Below are positions 29,022-38,263 of a stretch of DNA of 64,000 bases, piece after piece. Below the pieces are notes generated by a model that was given only the letters and a program-made list of their open reading frames with translations, had not been told where the DNA came from and did no database searches. The stretch is from assembly GCA_965248835.1 (NCBI GenBank), contig CBDFLJ010000002.1:1632001-1696000 (forward strand). Reading direction: 5' to 3'. A program made the position numbers and the translations under genes. The stretch is from Alphaproteobacteria bacterium (lineage in GTDB: Bacteria > Pseudomonadota > Alphaproteobacteria > MPNO01). Each line of letters begins with the position of its first letter. Position 1 is the stretch's first letter.

Positions 29022-30538
29022 CGCGCTGCCGCCTGGTTCCGCTCCCAGTCCGCACGCAACGCGTTGCGGTCGAGCTTGCCGCGGTCATTGCGCGGCAAGG
29101 CCTCGCGGAAGATCACCGCCTTGGGGACCTTGGCGGGCGGCAGTCTTTCGCCGCAATGGGCGATGATCGCCGCTTCGCTTGGATCACGGCCGGGCGCGGC
29201 GGCGACGTAGCTCACCACCTCCTCGCCCCAGATCGGATCCGGCACGCCGATGGTGCAGGCCTCGGCGATTGCGGAAAATTCGGCCAGCACGGAATCGATC
29301 TCGAGCGGGGCGATATTGATCCCGCCCCGGATGATCAGGTCGCTGGCCCGTCCGGTGACGAACAGGTAGCCGTCTGCATCGAGATAGCCGAGATCCCCGG
29401 ACAGGCTGGGACCGGGCGGCAGCGCCTCGATGGTGCCGTCCGGCCTCAAGTAGCCGAGCATGCGCTGGCGGGCGCTGGTCACACGGATCCGGCCGGGCTC
29501 GCCAGGCGGCAGAGGCGCACCGGCCTCGTCGACGATCTCGACGCGCTGGTGCCTGGTCGCCCGCCCGGCTGAGCCGATGCGCCGGTCGGCGCCGTTGGAG
29601 CCGGCGATCCAGCCCAGCTCGCTCGAGCCGAAGCTCTGAGCCACGATGATCCCGTAACGCCGCTCGAATGCCGTGGTGTCCGCGCCGTGAAGCGGCGCCG
29701 AGCTCGATCCGATATAGCGCAGCGCCGGCATGTCCGCGGCGCTAAGATCCACCGGCTCGCTCGTCAGCATGCCGAGCCCGGCCGGCACGCACGCCGCAAC
29801 GCTCACCCGGTAATCCCGGATCCATTCGAGATACCGGCTGCGCGAGAACCTGCGGGCAAGGATCGCGGTCGCACCGCGGATCAGCGGACCCAGGAGCGCG
29901 ATCTCCTGGGCGGACACCCAGGCGCAGGAGCGGAAATCCAGCACCCGGTCGTCCACGCCGATATCCATCGCCGTCATTCCGGCATCGGTGTTGTGGAACA
30001 GCGTAGCGTGGGTGTAGGCGACCCCCTTGGGCGCCGCATCGGTCCCGGAGGTGTAGAAGATCACGCCCGGATCGTCGGGCGACCCGAGGGCGGGCACCGC
30101 GCCGTCTTCGCCGGCCGGCCAGTCGCCCAGCACGCGGTTCGGTCCCGGCCATCGCCCGATCGCCGCGGCAATCTCCGCGCTTGGCTCATGGATCACCAGC
30201 CGCGGGGCGACCGTCGCCAGGATCGCGTCCAGATGCCGGGCATTGGACTCGACATTGACGGTGCACACGCAGGCGCCGTAGCGCAGCACGCCCAGATAGG
30301 CGGCCGCATGCTCCAAGCTGTTGCCGCCCAGCAGCATCACCCGCTCGGACGCCCGGATTCTCGCATCGGCCAGCAGACGCGCGATGCCCGCGGTAAGCCG
30401 GGCAAGGCCGCCATAGGTGATCTGCGTGCCCTGGTCGACGCTGTGGAGATAGACCTTGTCGGGGCGCTCGCTTGCGTGACGCTGGATAAAGGCGCCGAAG
30501 CCGGTGAAGGGCGAGTCCGACGCGCGCGCCTCAGGCAT
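29018..30538 (-). CDS. Acyl/aryl-CoA synthetase (class I adenylate-forming enzyme)
   Basis: YTSGTDAAPKG, SFGSSE, SGDLGYLD, GR..DLIIRGG.NI.P and LPRNDRGK motifs. Confidence 0.92.
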   Translation of the reverse strand: MPEARASDSPFTGFGAFIQRHASERPDKVYLHSVDQGTQITYGGLARLTAGIARLLADARIRASERVMLLGGNSLEHAAAYLGVLRYGACVCTVNVESNARHLDAILATVAPRLVIHEPSAEIAAAIGRWPGPNRVLGDWPAGEDGAVPALGSPDDPGVIFYTSGTDAAPKGVAYTHATLFHNTDAGMTAMDIGVDDRVLDFRSCAWVSAQEIALLGPLIRGATAILARRFSRSRYLEWIRDYRVSVAACVPAGLGMLTSEPVDLSAADMPALRYIGSSSAPLHGADTTAFERRYGIIVAQSFGSSELGWIAGSNGADRRIGSAGRATRHQRVEIVDEAGAPLPPGEPGRIRVTSARQRMLGYLRPDGTIEALPPGPSLSGDLGYLDADGYLFVTGRASDLIIRGGINIAPLEIDSVLAEFSAIAEACTIGVPDPIWGEEVVSYVAAAPGRDPSEAAIIAHCGERLPPAKVPKAVIFREALPRNDRGKLDRNALRADWERNQAAAR

Positions 30539-32060
30539 ATCCGGTCTTTGCCAGGAACCGGAAATAGGGGTCCTGGCGAGCCTCCAGCGCCGACCGCTCC
30601 TGGTCGGTGAACCATCTGGAAAAATCCATCGAAGCGGTCGGATAGACAGCGCGGGCGAATTGTTCCTTCTGGTCCAGCGGGACCGTCGCGTCGAGTCCGA
30701 TACCGCCGTCGGAAACCGAGATCTGGCCGGTCTTGAGCTCCGATGCCTGGAATGCCTGGCCGCGGGCGAATTCGTTGAAGACGACGATGTCCCGGCCCGG
30801 GCTCACGCGGGACTCCATCGCCCAGACGACGTCCTCCGGCTGCCAGATATCGATGTCCTCATCGACGACGATGCACATGCGGAGCCCGCGGTGGGTGGTC
30901 ATGATGGCGCCCATGACGTTGCGCTGGAGCCCCTCGTCGGAGCGCCGCTGCTTCCTGACCTGGACCACCACGCCGCCCCAGTTGGTGAGCCCCGTCCAGA
31001 TCGCCACGTCCTGGACGAAGCCCGGCGCCATGCGCTCGCACATCTCGTAAATCGATGCGCAGACATAGGGGCACTGGTACCAGATCGAGCCCAGGATCGG
31101 CACGAAGAAATAGGGCCGATCGGCGCGGCGGGTGATTGCCGTCAGCTCGAAGGCCCGCGGGGTGCGGTAGGCGCGCCCCATGAACCGCGCCCATTCGGGA
31201 TGGAGCGGCGCCTCCCCCTGACGCCCCAGCGCCTCGGCTTCGGCGGTCTCCCACACCCGCTCTCCCTCGATGACGTATCCCTCCAGCACCCATTCCGAGC
31301 GTGCGATCGCGTAGGCATCGACGGTCTTGGCTTTGACGATGTCCACTGGCGAGCCCTGCAGCGCGCCGGCCATGCCGATCTCATCGGTGAAGCCGGGAAA
31401 GACGATCGGATTGAAGGTGCTGTAGCCCATCATCTCGACCGCGGGCGGCGGACAGATATTGACGGTGACCGGGATCTTCTCGCCCGGCCAGCGGCGGCAG
31501 ATGGCATCGCCCTGCCCGCCCGGGACCATGTTGATCGAGGCGTTCGGCCGATCCTCGCGGAATGCCATGCGGTAGAACGAGAACTGCGTGCCGCCGCCCG
31601 GCACCCAGGGCGGGCCGATGAAATGCACGCCGTTGCCGAAGAACCGTCCGCCGTCTTCGGCGGTATGCATCACCAGCGGCAGGATGTCGGTGATCGCGCC
31701 GATCGCGCCGGCCTCGACGACGACCTCCTGGCACGGCGCGTCCTGCGTCCCGACCTCGCGCGGGGCGATCGGGTTACGCAGCGCGCCCAGCAGCTTGTGC
31801 TTGATGTCCTTGAACTCTTCGACCCCGAACAGCCGTGCGCAGCGCTCCTTGGTCGCCCACATGTTGGCGATCAACCGCGCGTCGGGGTAGCCGGTCACCG
31901 CGTCTGCGACCAGCGTCTTGGAGTTGTCGAAGGCCTTGCAGATCGCCGTCATCTCCAGCACCGGATCGACCGGGGCGCGGATGACGTGGACATCCTCGCC
32001 CAGCCAGGCGAGCGTCCGTCTGAGGTCGACCATCGCCGCGTCGCGCACCGAATGATCCAT
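30531..32060 (-). CDS. UbiD-family (prFMN-dependent) decarboxylase resembling phthaloyl-CoA decarboxylases
   Basis: APCQE, FYRM, DEIG.AGALQG, EWVLEG, HPEWARFMG, VVDEDIDI...V.WA..SR and GIGLDAT motifs. Start estimated at 32060. Overlaps the CoA ligase by 8 nt. Confidence 0.88.
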   Translation of the reverse strand: MDHSVRDAAMVDLRRTLAWLGEDVHVIRAPVDPVLEMTAICKAFDNSKTLVADAVTGYPDARLIANMWATKERCARLFGVEEFKDIKHKLLGALRNPIAPREVGTQDAPCQEVVVEAGAIGAITDILPLVMHTAEDGGRFFGNGVHFIGPPWVPGGGTQFSFYRMAFREDRPNASINMVPGGQGDAICRRWPGEKIPVTVNICPPPAVEMMGYSTFNPIVFPGFTDEIGMAGALQGSPVDIVKAKTVDAYAIARSEWVLEGYVIEGERVWETAEAEALGRQGEAPLHPEWARFMGRAYRTPRAFELTAITRRADRPYFFVPILGSIWYQCPYVCASIYEMCERMAPGFVQDVAIWTGLTNWGGVVVQVRKQRRSDEGLQRNVMGAIMTTHRGLRMCIVVDEDIDIWQPEDVVWAMESRVSPGRDIVVFNEFARGQAFQASELKTGQISVSDGGIGLDATVPLDQKEQFARAVYPTASMDFSRWFTDQERSALEARQDPYFRFLAKTGYA

Positions 32061-32153
32061 CGAGCCTGCCGCCTCCGTCTCGGATTCGCTTCCGCGCGGC
32101 GGCTGTTGACCGCCCCCGGCGGGAATGGGAATGTCCAGCTTGGAAGTTAGGCA

Positions 32154-32795
32154 ATGGCGACACAAGACCTATTCACAGACCATTCGGCCGTCGTGGACCC
32201 GGCCCACACCGCGGTCCTGGTGATCGACGTGCAGAACGATTTCTGCGCTTCCGGCGGGCATACCGAGGTCAATCTCGGCAGGGACGTCGCGGACTGCCAG
32301 GCCGTGGTCGGACCGATCGAACGGCTGGTCGAAGGTGCGCGGGCGGCCGGTGCCCCGGTGATCTGGGTCAAGGCCGATTACGACCGGGCCTACCTTTCGC
32401 GGCCGATCCGTGCCAAGCAGGAAGCCAGGGGGATCAAGACCGCCTATTGCGTGTCGGGGACCTGGGGCGCGGCGTTCTACGAGGTCAGTCCCGCAGACGG
32501 CGACATCGTCATCGAGAAACACCGCCACAGCGCATTCGTGGGCACCGAACTGGAGCAGGTGCTGCGCGACCGCGGGATCCAGACTTTGGTCATCGCGGGC
32601 GTCCAGACTCATGTCTGCATCGAATCAAGCCTGCGCGACGGCTCCGCGCGCGGCTATTACATCGTCGTGCCGCGGGACTGCGTGGGCTCCTATGACCGCG
32701 CACTGCACGACGCCACGCTGCGCTGCGTGGAGATGCATTTCGGCGAGGTGCTGGACAGCAACGCGCTGCTCGACCTGTGGTCTCCGAAAGGGTGA
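32154..32795 (+). CDS. Cysteine hydrolase (isochorismatase family)
   Basis: VIDVQNDFC, KHRHSAF and THVCIESSLRD triad motifs. Confidence 0.9.
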   Translation: MATQDLFTDHSAVVDPAHTAVLVIDVQNDFCASGGHTEVNLGRDVADCQAVVGPIERLVEGARAAGAPVIWVKADYDRAYLSRPIRAKQEARGIKTAYCVSGTWGAAFYEVSPADGDIVIEKHRHSAFVGTELEQVLRDRGIQTLVIAGVQTHVCIESSLRDGSARGYYIVVPRDCVGSYDRALHDATLRCVEMHFGEVLDSNALLDLWSPKG

Positions 32796-32880
32796 TCCGA
32801 AACCCCGCCCGATCGGCCGAATAGGGCCGGGAACGGGACCGATGGGCCGGTGAGCGGCCTCCGCCGCGCCCGTGCCCGGC

Positions 32881-33630
32881 TCAGGCGGCGATGCCCGGCG
32901 GCAGGATCTCGGTCTCGTTCAGCACGTGGGTCTTGTAGATCTCGGTGATCGAGGCCCAGCGCAGCCGGACCGCCTCCTCGCACACTTCCATCGCGCGCGC
33001 CTCGAGGTCGGGGGTGATGTACTTCTGGCACAGCTCCATCTGCCGGTTGGAGTGCTCGAGATCGGCCTCGGCATGCTCGACGAAAAACCCGATTTCGGGC
33101 GAGTCCAAGGTGAAGCCGTAATGTTTCTGGAAGGCCGGCAGTGTGATCTCGTTGTTGAGCGCGACCTGCTGACCCTCCTGCGTCGACTGCATGGCGAGCG
33201 CCACGCCCACCGGCTCATCGCGCAGGCAGTGGACATAGTGGAGCGTGCGCGCCCACCACGCCGGGCTCATTCTGGTGTTGCGCACCTCGTCCTCGGAAAG
33301 ACCGGCGGCGTTGCAGAAGGCGAAGATCATCTCCATGTGGTCGTGCGGTGCCTTGCCCTCTCCGGGGGCTGCGATCAGCCCCTCCTCCTCGGCCATGTTC
33401 TCGACCAGCGAGAGGGCGACGTCGCGCGGCGCGCGGTAGAACAGATACCCGAAGGCGGGCAAGGCCTGCTCGACGAACTTGTAATGGTTGGCCATGTAAT
33501 GGCCGAGCGCCGCGAGCGGCAGCGAGCCGTCGGTCATCGACTGGAACAAAGGGTGCTTCTTGGTGTGCCAGGCATCGCGGAGCGCGACGACCTTCGCACC
33601 GATCGCGCTCGTTGCCGCACCGTCCATCAT
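32881..33630 (-). CDS. Heme-oxygenase-like diiron oxidase (CADD/PqqC/TenA superfamily)
   Basis: HPLF...G.L, ENMAEE...H, QEGQ and FFVEHAEADLEH supply the E/H/E/H/D/H diiron ligand set. GAGAGG RBS. Confidence 0.85.
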   Translation of the reverse strand: MMDGAATSAIGAKVVALRDAWHTKKHPLFQSMTDGSLPLAALGHYMANHYKFVEQALPAFGYLFYRAPRDVALSLVENMAEEEGLIAAPGEGKAPHDHMEMIFAFCNAAGLSEDEVRNTRMSPAWWARTLHYVHCLRDEPVGVALAMQSTQEGQQVALNNEITLPAFQKHYGFTLDSPEIGFFVEHAEADLEHSNRQMELCQKYITPDLEARAMEVCEEAVRLRWASITEIYKTHVLNETEILPPGIAA

Positions 33631-33658
33631 CGGAGCCTCTCTCAAGTGCCGGGCCGGG

Positions 33659-34723
33659 TCATGCGATCCCGTAGAGCGTGCGGGAATTGTGGTAGAGGAT
33701 CTTGGCCTTTACCGCGTCGTCGTAATCCGGATCATCGAGGAAGTTGGGCACATCTGTCATCAGGTCCTCCTCGGTCGGCTCGTGCGGGAAGTCCGAGGCA
33801 TAGATGATCCGGTCCGCGCCCATCATGTCGATGGTGTATTTGAGCCCCCGCTCGCCCATTTCGCAGGACACCCAGAAATTGTCGGTTTCGGTCATGTACC
33901 AGGACGGCTTGTGGCTCAGCCGCTTTCGGATGGCCGCGCCCTGGACGGCGTCGTATTCGTAATCCAGCCGGTCGGCCATGAACGGAACCCACGACGAGCC
34001 GCCTTCGAGGAAGGCGACCTTGAGCTTGGGGAAGTCCTCGAAGACGCCGGAGAACATCATGTCGGTGAGCTGGATGAACAAAGGCACCGGGTGCTCAAGG
34101 GTGTGGACCTTGGCGAACGGCCGGAAATGGTCGAAGCCGAACCCGACCGAAGGCGCGCCGTGCAGCGCCAGCGGCATGTTCTGGCGCTCGGCCTCCTCGT
34201 AGACCGGCCAGAAGGACGGATCGCCGTAGGTCTTGCCCGATGCCGTCACCGAGGGCAGCAGCATGGCGACGAAGTTCTTGCGCTCGGTCCGGCAGCGCTT
34301 GAGTTCGGCCACCGCCCCTTCGGGGTTCTCGACCGGCATCATGCCCACGCCGAACAACCGGTCGTCCTTTCGGGTGTACTCCGCCTCCAGCCAGTTGTTG
34401 TAGGCGACCGCGGTGGCGGTAGCGAATTCGACCTCGCGCATCAGGCCGTAGGCGAGGCCGATCGTCGGGTAGAGCACGCTGCCCTCCAGTCCCATGCGGT
34501 CGAGGATATCGCCCCAGACCGCGGCGTCGGTGTGCCAGTAGCGCCGGTTGGTGTCTTCCTCGGAGATCTGGACGCTGCGCGACCAGCCGTCGAGGCTCGG
34601 GAAGATCGTCAGCCCGGCGAGCCGCTTGGAGTTGGCCCAGTTGCCCTCGTAGTAGCGGTCGAGCTCCGCGTCGGTCTCCAGGACATGCCCGTCACCGTCG
34701 AATACCGGCATGCGGTGCTGCAT
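33659..34723 (-). CDS. Amidohydrolase family 2 protein
   Basis: FDGDGHVLE, AYNNWL, LALHG, GVFEDFPKLKVAFLEGG and YASDFPH motifs. Confidence 0.9.
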   Translation of the reverse strand: MQHRMPVFDGDGHVLETDAELDRYYEGNWANSKRLAGLTIFPSLDGWSRSVQISEEDTNRRYWHTDAAVWGDILDRMGLEGSVLYPTIGLAYGLMREVEFATATAVAYNNWLEAEYTRKDDRLFGVGMMPVENPEGAVAELKRCRTERKNFVAMLLPSVTASGKTYGDPSFWPVYEEAERQNMPLALHGAPSVGFGFDHFRPFAKVHTLEHPVPLFIQLTDMMFSGVFEDFPKLKVAFLEGGSSWVPFMADRLDYEYDAVQGAAIRKRLSHKPSWYMTETDNFWVSCEMGERGLKYTIDMMGADRIIYASDFPHEPTEEDLMTDVPNFLDDPDYDDAVKAKILYHNSRTLYGIA

Positions 34724-34835
34724 CTCCGCCTCCCTTTCGGTGTTGTCGCCGCGGCAATGCTATCGCATTGCCGTCTTGGTTGGAAACGGCGTATGCGCGT
34801 TCAGGAAATCCCATGAATCCGCCGTCCGCCCGCTC

Positions 34836-36089
34836 TTAGGCGGCCGCCGGCACCGGCGAGGCGGGCGCGCCGCGGGTCTCTCGGATCAGGATGCTGAACA
34901 GGGCGGCCAGGAGCGCGAGGGCGACCGAGACGATCCACACCCAATCGTAACGGGCGAACAGCTCGAACAGCTGGCCGGCGAGATAGGAGCCGGCCGCCCC
35001 GCCGAGGGAATGGGCGGAAAAGATCAGCCCCATCGTCACGCCCATGATGTGCCGGCCGATATGGGATGCCACGATCGAAGCGACGATCGGGAAGGTCGCG
35101 TAATCGAAAAGCCCGAACAGGACGGCGAAGATGAACAGCAAGGGCGTGTTGCCCGCGATGTTCATCAGGATGATGAACGTCAGCGCCCGCAGGAAATAGA
35201 TGCTCGCCAGAAGCAGCGGACGGTTGAACCGATCCGCCAGATAGCCGTAGCCGATCATCCCGATCAGGCTGAACGCCGACAGCACGCCATAGGCGGTCGC
35301 GCTCTGGAGTGGCGGGAATCCACAGGCGATCGCGTATGGGATCATATGGATCTTGATCACGCCGGCGGTGGTGAAGCCGCAGATCGCGAAGCCGCAAACC
35401 AGGAGCCAGAAGGTACGGTCCCTCGACAGCCCGCGCAGCGCCGCCGCGGCCGATGAGACACCCGGCGCGCCGGCGCGCCGCGGCGGGCGCAGACCGGGTC
35501 CGATCAGCCACAGGACCACGACCATGGTCGCAAGGATGACGCCTGCGAACACCGCCATGCTCGGCCCCCAGGCGATCGTCGTCACCAGGAGCGCCAGGGC
35601 CGGCATCAGCAGGATCTGGCCTGCCGTGCTGCCCGAGGTTGCGACCGAGGTCGCAAGCGCCAGCCGGGAATCGAAAAAGGCTGCGATCGTGGTCGAGACA
35701 AGGGACGGGGCGATCGCCGAGAAGCCGATTCCGCCCAGGATCGAATAGAAGACGATGAGCTGCCACGGCTCGGTCATGACCGTCGCGCACAGCAGGAAGG
35801 CGACTGCGGCCAGCGACATCCCGAAGCAATAGACCACGCGCGGCCCGAAGCGGTCGATCACCATGCCGGCCATCGGAGCGGCCAGTGCCATGGTGACCAG
35901 CATGACCGCGCCCGCGTTGGAGACGAAGCCATAGCTCCATCCCAAGTCGTCCCGCCAGAACGGCAGCAGGAGGCCGATGCTGTTGCGCGCAGTGATCACG
36001 ATTCCCAGCATCAGGAACAGGCCGCCGACCACGACCCAACCTTTGCGCCTGGACTCGGGCCGGGAATGGCTGGTCGGAACGGCTGTCAC
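34836..36089 (-). CDS. MFS transporter (OFA/YbfB-like)
   Basis: About 12 hydrophobic helices, GMVIDRFGPR and GYLADRFNR motifs, FAICGFTT. GTG start after GGAG. Confidence 0.9.
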   Translation of the reverse strand: MTAVPTSHSRPESRRKGWVVVGGLFLMLGIVITARNSIGLLLPFWRDDLGWSYGFVSNAGAVMLVTMALAAPMAGMVIDRFGPRVVYCFGMSLAAVAFLLCATVMTEPWQLIVFYSILGGIGFSAIAPSLVSTTIAAFFDSRLALATSVATSGSTAGQILLMPALALLVTTIAWGPSMAVFAGVILATMVVVLWLIGPGLRPPRRAGAPGVSSAAAALRGLSRDRTFWLLVCGFAICGFTTAGVIKIHMIPYAIACGFPPLQSATAYGVLSAFSLIGMIGYGYLADRFNRPLLLASIYFLRALTFIILMNIAGNTPLLFIFAVLFGLFDYATFPIVASIVASHIGRHIMGVTMGLIFSAHSLGGAAGSYLAGQLFELFARYDWVWIVSVALALLAALFSILIRETRGAPASPVPAAA

Positions 36090-36120
36090 AGGCACTCCGG
36101 CAAGGTGCGTGGGCCGATGA

Positions 36121-36687
36121 CTACGGGCGGACCGCCGCGGCCGCACCGGAGGCGAACCGCGCGTTCGCCTCCGCGAACAGGCGCATGTTCTTGGCGACGT
36201 CATAGCGCCGCTCGGTCAGGTGCTCCGGGTCCCATTCGCTGCGCGGGGCGGCGAAGAAATCTCCGCCATAGATGTGAATTGCCCCGGTCAGCCGCTCGAT
36301 GGGGTTGGTGACGGAATGGATGATGTCCTTGCCCAGCGGCTCGACGTCCTTGACCGAAAGCGCCTTGGCGCCGGCGGCCTCGATCCGGTCCTCGCGCCGG
36401 CGCCAGAAGATGTTGTCCTCGCGCCCGGTATAGACGCCGATCGCCGCCCACATGTTGTGGTTGTGCGGCATCAAGGTCATCAACGGCGCCCAGACGACGT
36501 TGAGGATGGTCAGATCGTCGGCCTGATAGATCTTCTGCAAGCCCGCTTCAGTCGGCTCGCCCAGCCCGGCCAGCACCGCGCCCGGATCGGCGACCGCGCG
36601 CGCCAGCACCGCGCGCACCGCCTTGTTGGCCTCACCTTCCCGGTTTGCAGCCTTGACGTCCTCGACGAACCGCTCGACATCGAACAT
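36121..36687 (-). CDS. Cupin, cysteine/thiol-dioxygenase-like
   Basis: PHNH..WA.IGVY.G.E, IHSVTNP and IHIYGGD give a 3-His cupin pattern. Start at MFDVERF. Confidence 0.78.
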   Translation of the reverse strand: MFDVERFVEDVKAANREGEANKAVRAVLARAVADPGAVLAGLGEPTEAGLQKIYQADDLTILNVVWAPLMTLMPHNHNMWAAIGVYTGREDNIFWRRREDRIEAAGAKALSVKDVEPLGKDIIHSVTNPIERLTGAIHIYGGDFFAAPRSEWDPEHLTERRYDVAKNMRLFAEANARFASGAAAAVRP

Positions 36688-36801
36688 CCCATCGCCCTCC
36701 CGGCCTCCGCGCTCGCCCAGCATAGCAAAGTCGCCTTCGCTGTTGCCATCGCCGGTGAATCGGCCCACCCTTGGCGGCGTGCCGGCCACGGAATGCAGGC
36801 G

Positions 36802-37671
36802 ATGACCATCGAAATCGAACCCCTTGCCGCCGCGCTGGGCGCCAGGATCTACGGCGTCGACCTTTCGGACGAGATCGACGGGCATACATACGCGGCGATC
36901 CACCGCGCCTGGCTCGATCACCAGGTGCTGATCTTCCCACGCCAGAGCTTGAGCGAGGCCGATCAAATTCGCTTCGCCAAGATGTTCGGCAATCTGCCCA
37001 GCCGCGCGGCCCATGCCCGGTTCGCCGGCAAGCCGCTCGGCCATCACTCGCTGATGTTGATTACCAACGCCAAGGAAAACGGAAAGCCTGTCGGCGCCCT
37101 GCCCCAGGGCGAGATGTTCTTCCACACCGACGGCGCCTATGACGAGGATCCCTATCGCTACACCATGCTGTTCGCCATCGAGGTCTCTTCGGTCGGCGGC
37201 CATACGTTGTTTGCCGACATGTACGGCGCCTACGAGACGCTGAACGAGCCAATGAAACGCCGCCTGCGCGGCCTGCACGCGGTCCACGGCTTCTATGCCG
37301 GGCGTGAGGTGACCGAGGATTTCAAGAAACGGCTGGGGGTCGGCGAAGATCCCAAGCGCACGGCGCATCCGGTGGTCATCGCCCACGAGGAGACCGGTCG
37401 CCCGGCGCTCTATGTCAGCCGGATGCTGACCGAATCGATCGCCGAATTGCCTGAGGCCGAAAGCAATGCCTTGCTCGCCGCCCTGTTCGCGCACTCCGAA
37501 CAGCAGGCGCTGATCTACGAGCACGTCTGGACGGTCGGCGACTTCGTGATCTGGGACAATCGCTGCACCAACCACGCCCGCACCGACTTTCCCGCCACGG
37601 AGAGGCGCAAGCTGCGCCGCACCACTGTCCAAGGCGTCCGTCCGGAGCCCGCAGAGATCAAGGTGGCCTGA
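36802..37671 (+). CDS. TauD/TfdA family Fe(II)/2-oxoglutarate dioxygenase
   Basis: LGARIYGVDL, FHTD, GGHTLFADM, HPVV..H.ETGR.ALY and WDNRCTNHAR motifs. Confidence 0.93.
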   Translation: MTIEIEPLAAALGARIYGVDLSDEIDGHTYAAIHRAWLDHQVLIFPRQSLSEADQIRFAKMFGNLPSRAAHARFAGKPLGHHSLMLITNAKENGKPVGALPQGEMFFHTDGAYDEDPYRYTMLFAIEVSSVGGHTLFADMYGAYETLNEPMKRRLRGLHAVHGFYAGREVTEDFKKRLGVGEDPKRTAHPVVIAHEETGRPALYVSRMLTESIAELPEAESNALLAALFAHSEQQALIYEHVWTVGDFVIWDNRCTNHARTDFPATERRKLRRTTVQGVRPEPAEIKVA

Positions 37672-38229
37672 ATGTTATCCGATCGACTGCCGGTGCTGGG
37701 TCTGCATCATTCCGCTTACCGCTGCCGCGATTCCGAGGAAACCCGCGCGTTCTACGAGGACACGGTGGGCTTCCCTCTGGTCATGGCGCTCGAGCTCGAT
37801 CAGCACCCGACCACCGGGCTCGACGTGCGCTACATGCACACCTTCTTCGACATCGGCAGCCACGACGCGGACCAGCCGAACTACCTGGCGTTCTTCGAGG
37901 TGCCCGACCGCGCCGAAGACGACCCGGACGAGCTGTTCAAGCGGCGCTGGGGCATGGATCTGCACTTCGCCATGCGCGTGCCCGATCACGAAACGATCCA
38001 CCGCCTGCGCGACCGGCTCATCGCCCGCGGCGTAGAGGTCGAAGGACCGGTCGCCCACGGCATGGTGACCTCGATCTATTTCCACGACCCCAACGGCTAC
38101 CGCCTGGAATTCGCCGCCGAGGACGAGGTGGAAAAGGCCGAGATGGCCGAGCACAGGCGCACGGCGCACGAGAACCTCCGCGCCTGGCGCCGCTGGAAGG
38201 CCGGTCGGGCCGAACGACGGTCGGCCTAG
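37672..38229 (+). CDS. VOC/glyoxalase family protein
   Basis: LHHSAYRCRDSEETRAFYED, LAFFE, HFA and SIYFHDPNGYRLE motifs. Confidence 0.9.
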   Translation: MLSDRLPVLGLHHSAYRCRDSEETRAFYEDTVGFPLVMALELDQHPTTGLDVRYMHTFFDIGSHDADQPNYLAFFEVPDRAEDDPDELFKRRWGMDLHFAMRVPDHETIHRLRDRLIARGVEVEGPVAHGMVTSIYFHDPNGYRLEFAAEDEVEKAEMAEHRRTAHENLRAWRRWKAGRAERRSA

Positions 38230-38263
38230 AAGATCGAACGCCCGTCTTCGCGTTCGACCGGGT

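Noticed and set aside
32881-33630. Calling the HDO gene pqqC, tenA or a CADD pABA synthase
   Set aside because: There is no pqq or thiamine context, the full diiron ligand set argues against TenA, and the CADD Tyr27/Lys152 equivalents appear absent.
36121-37671. Apparent 503-aa and 483-aa overlapping fusion ORFs
   Set aside because: Each extension is the antisense shadow of the other gene. The real genes are 36121-36687 (-) and 36802-37671 (+).
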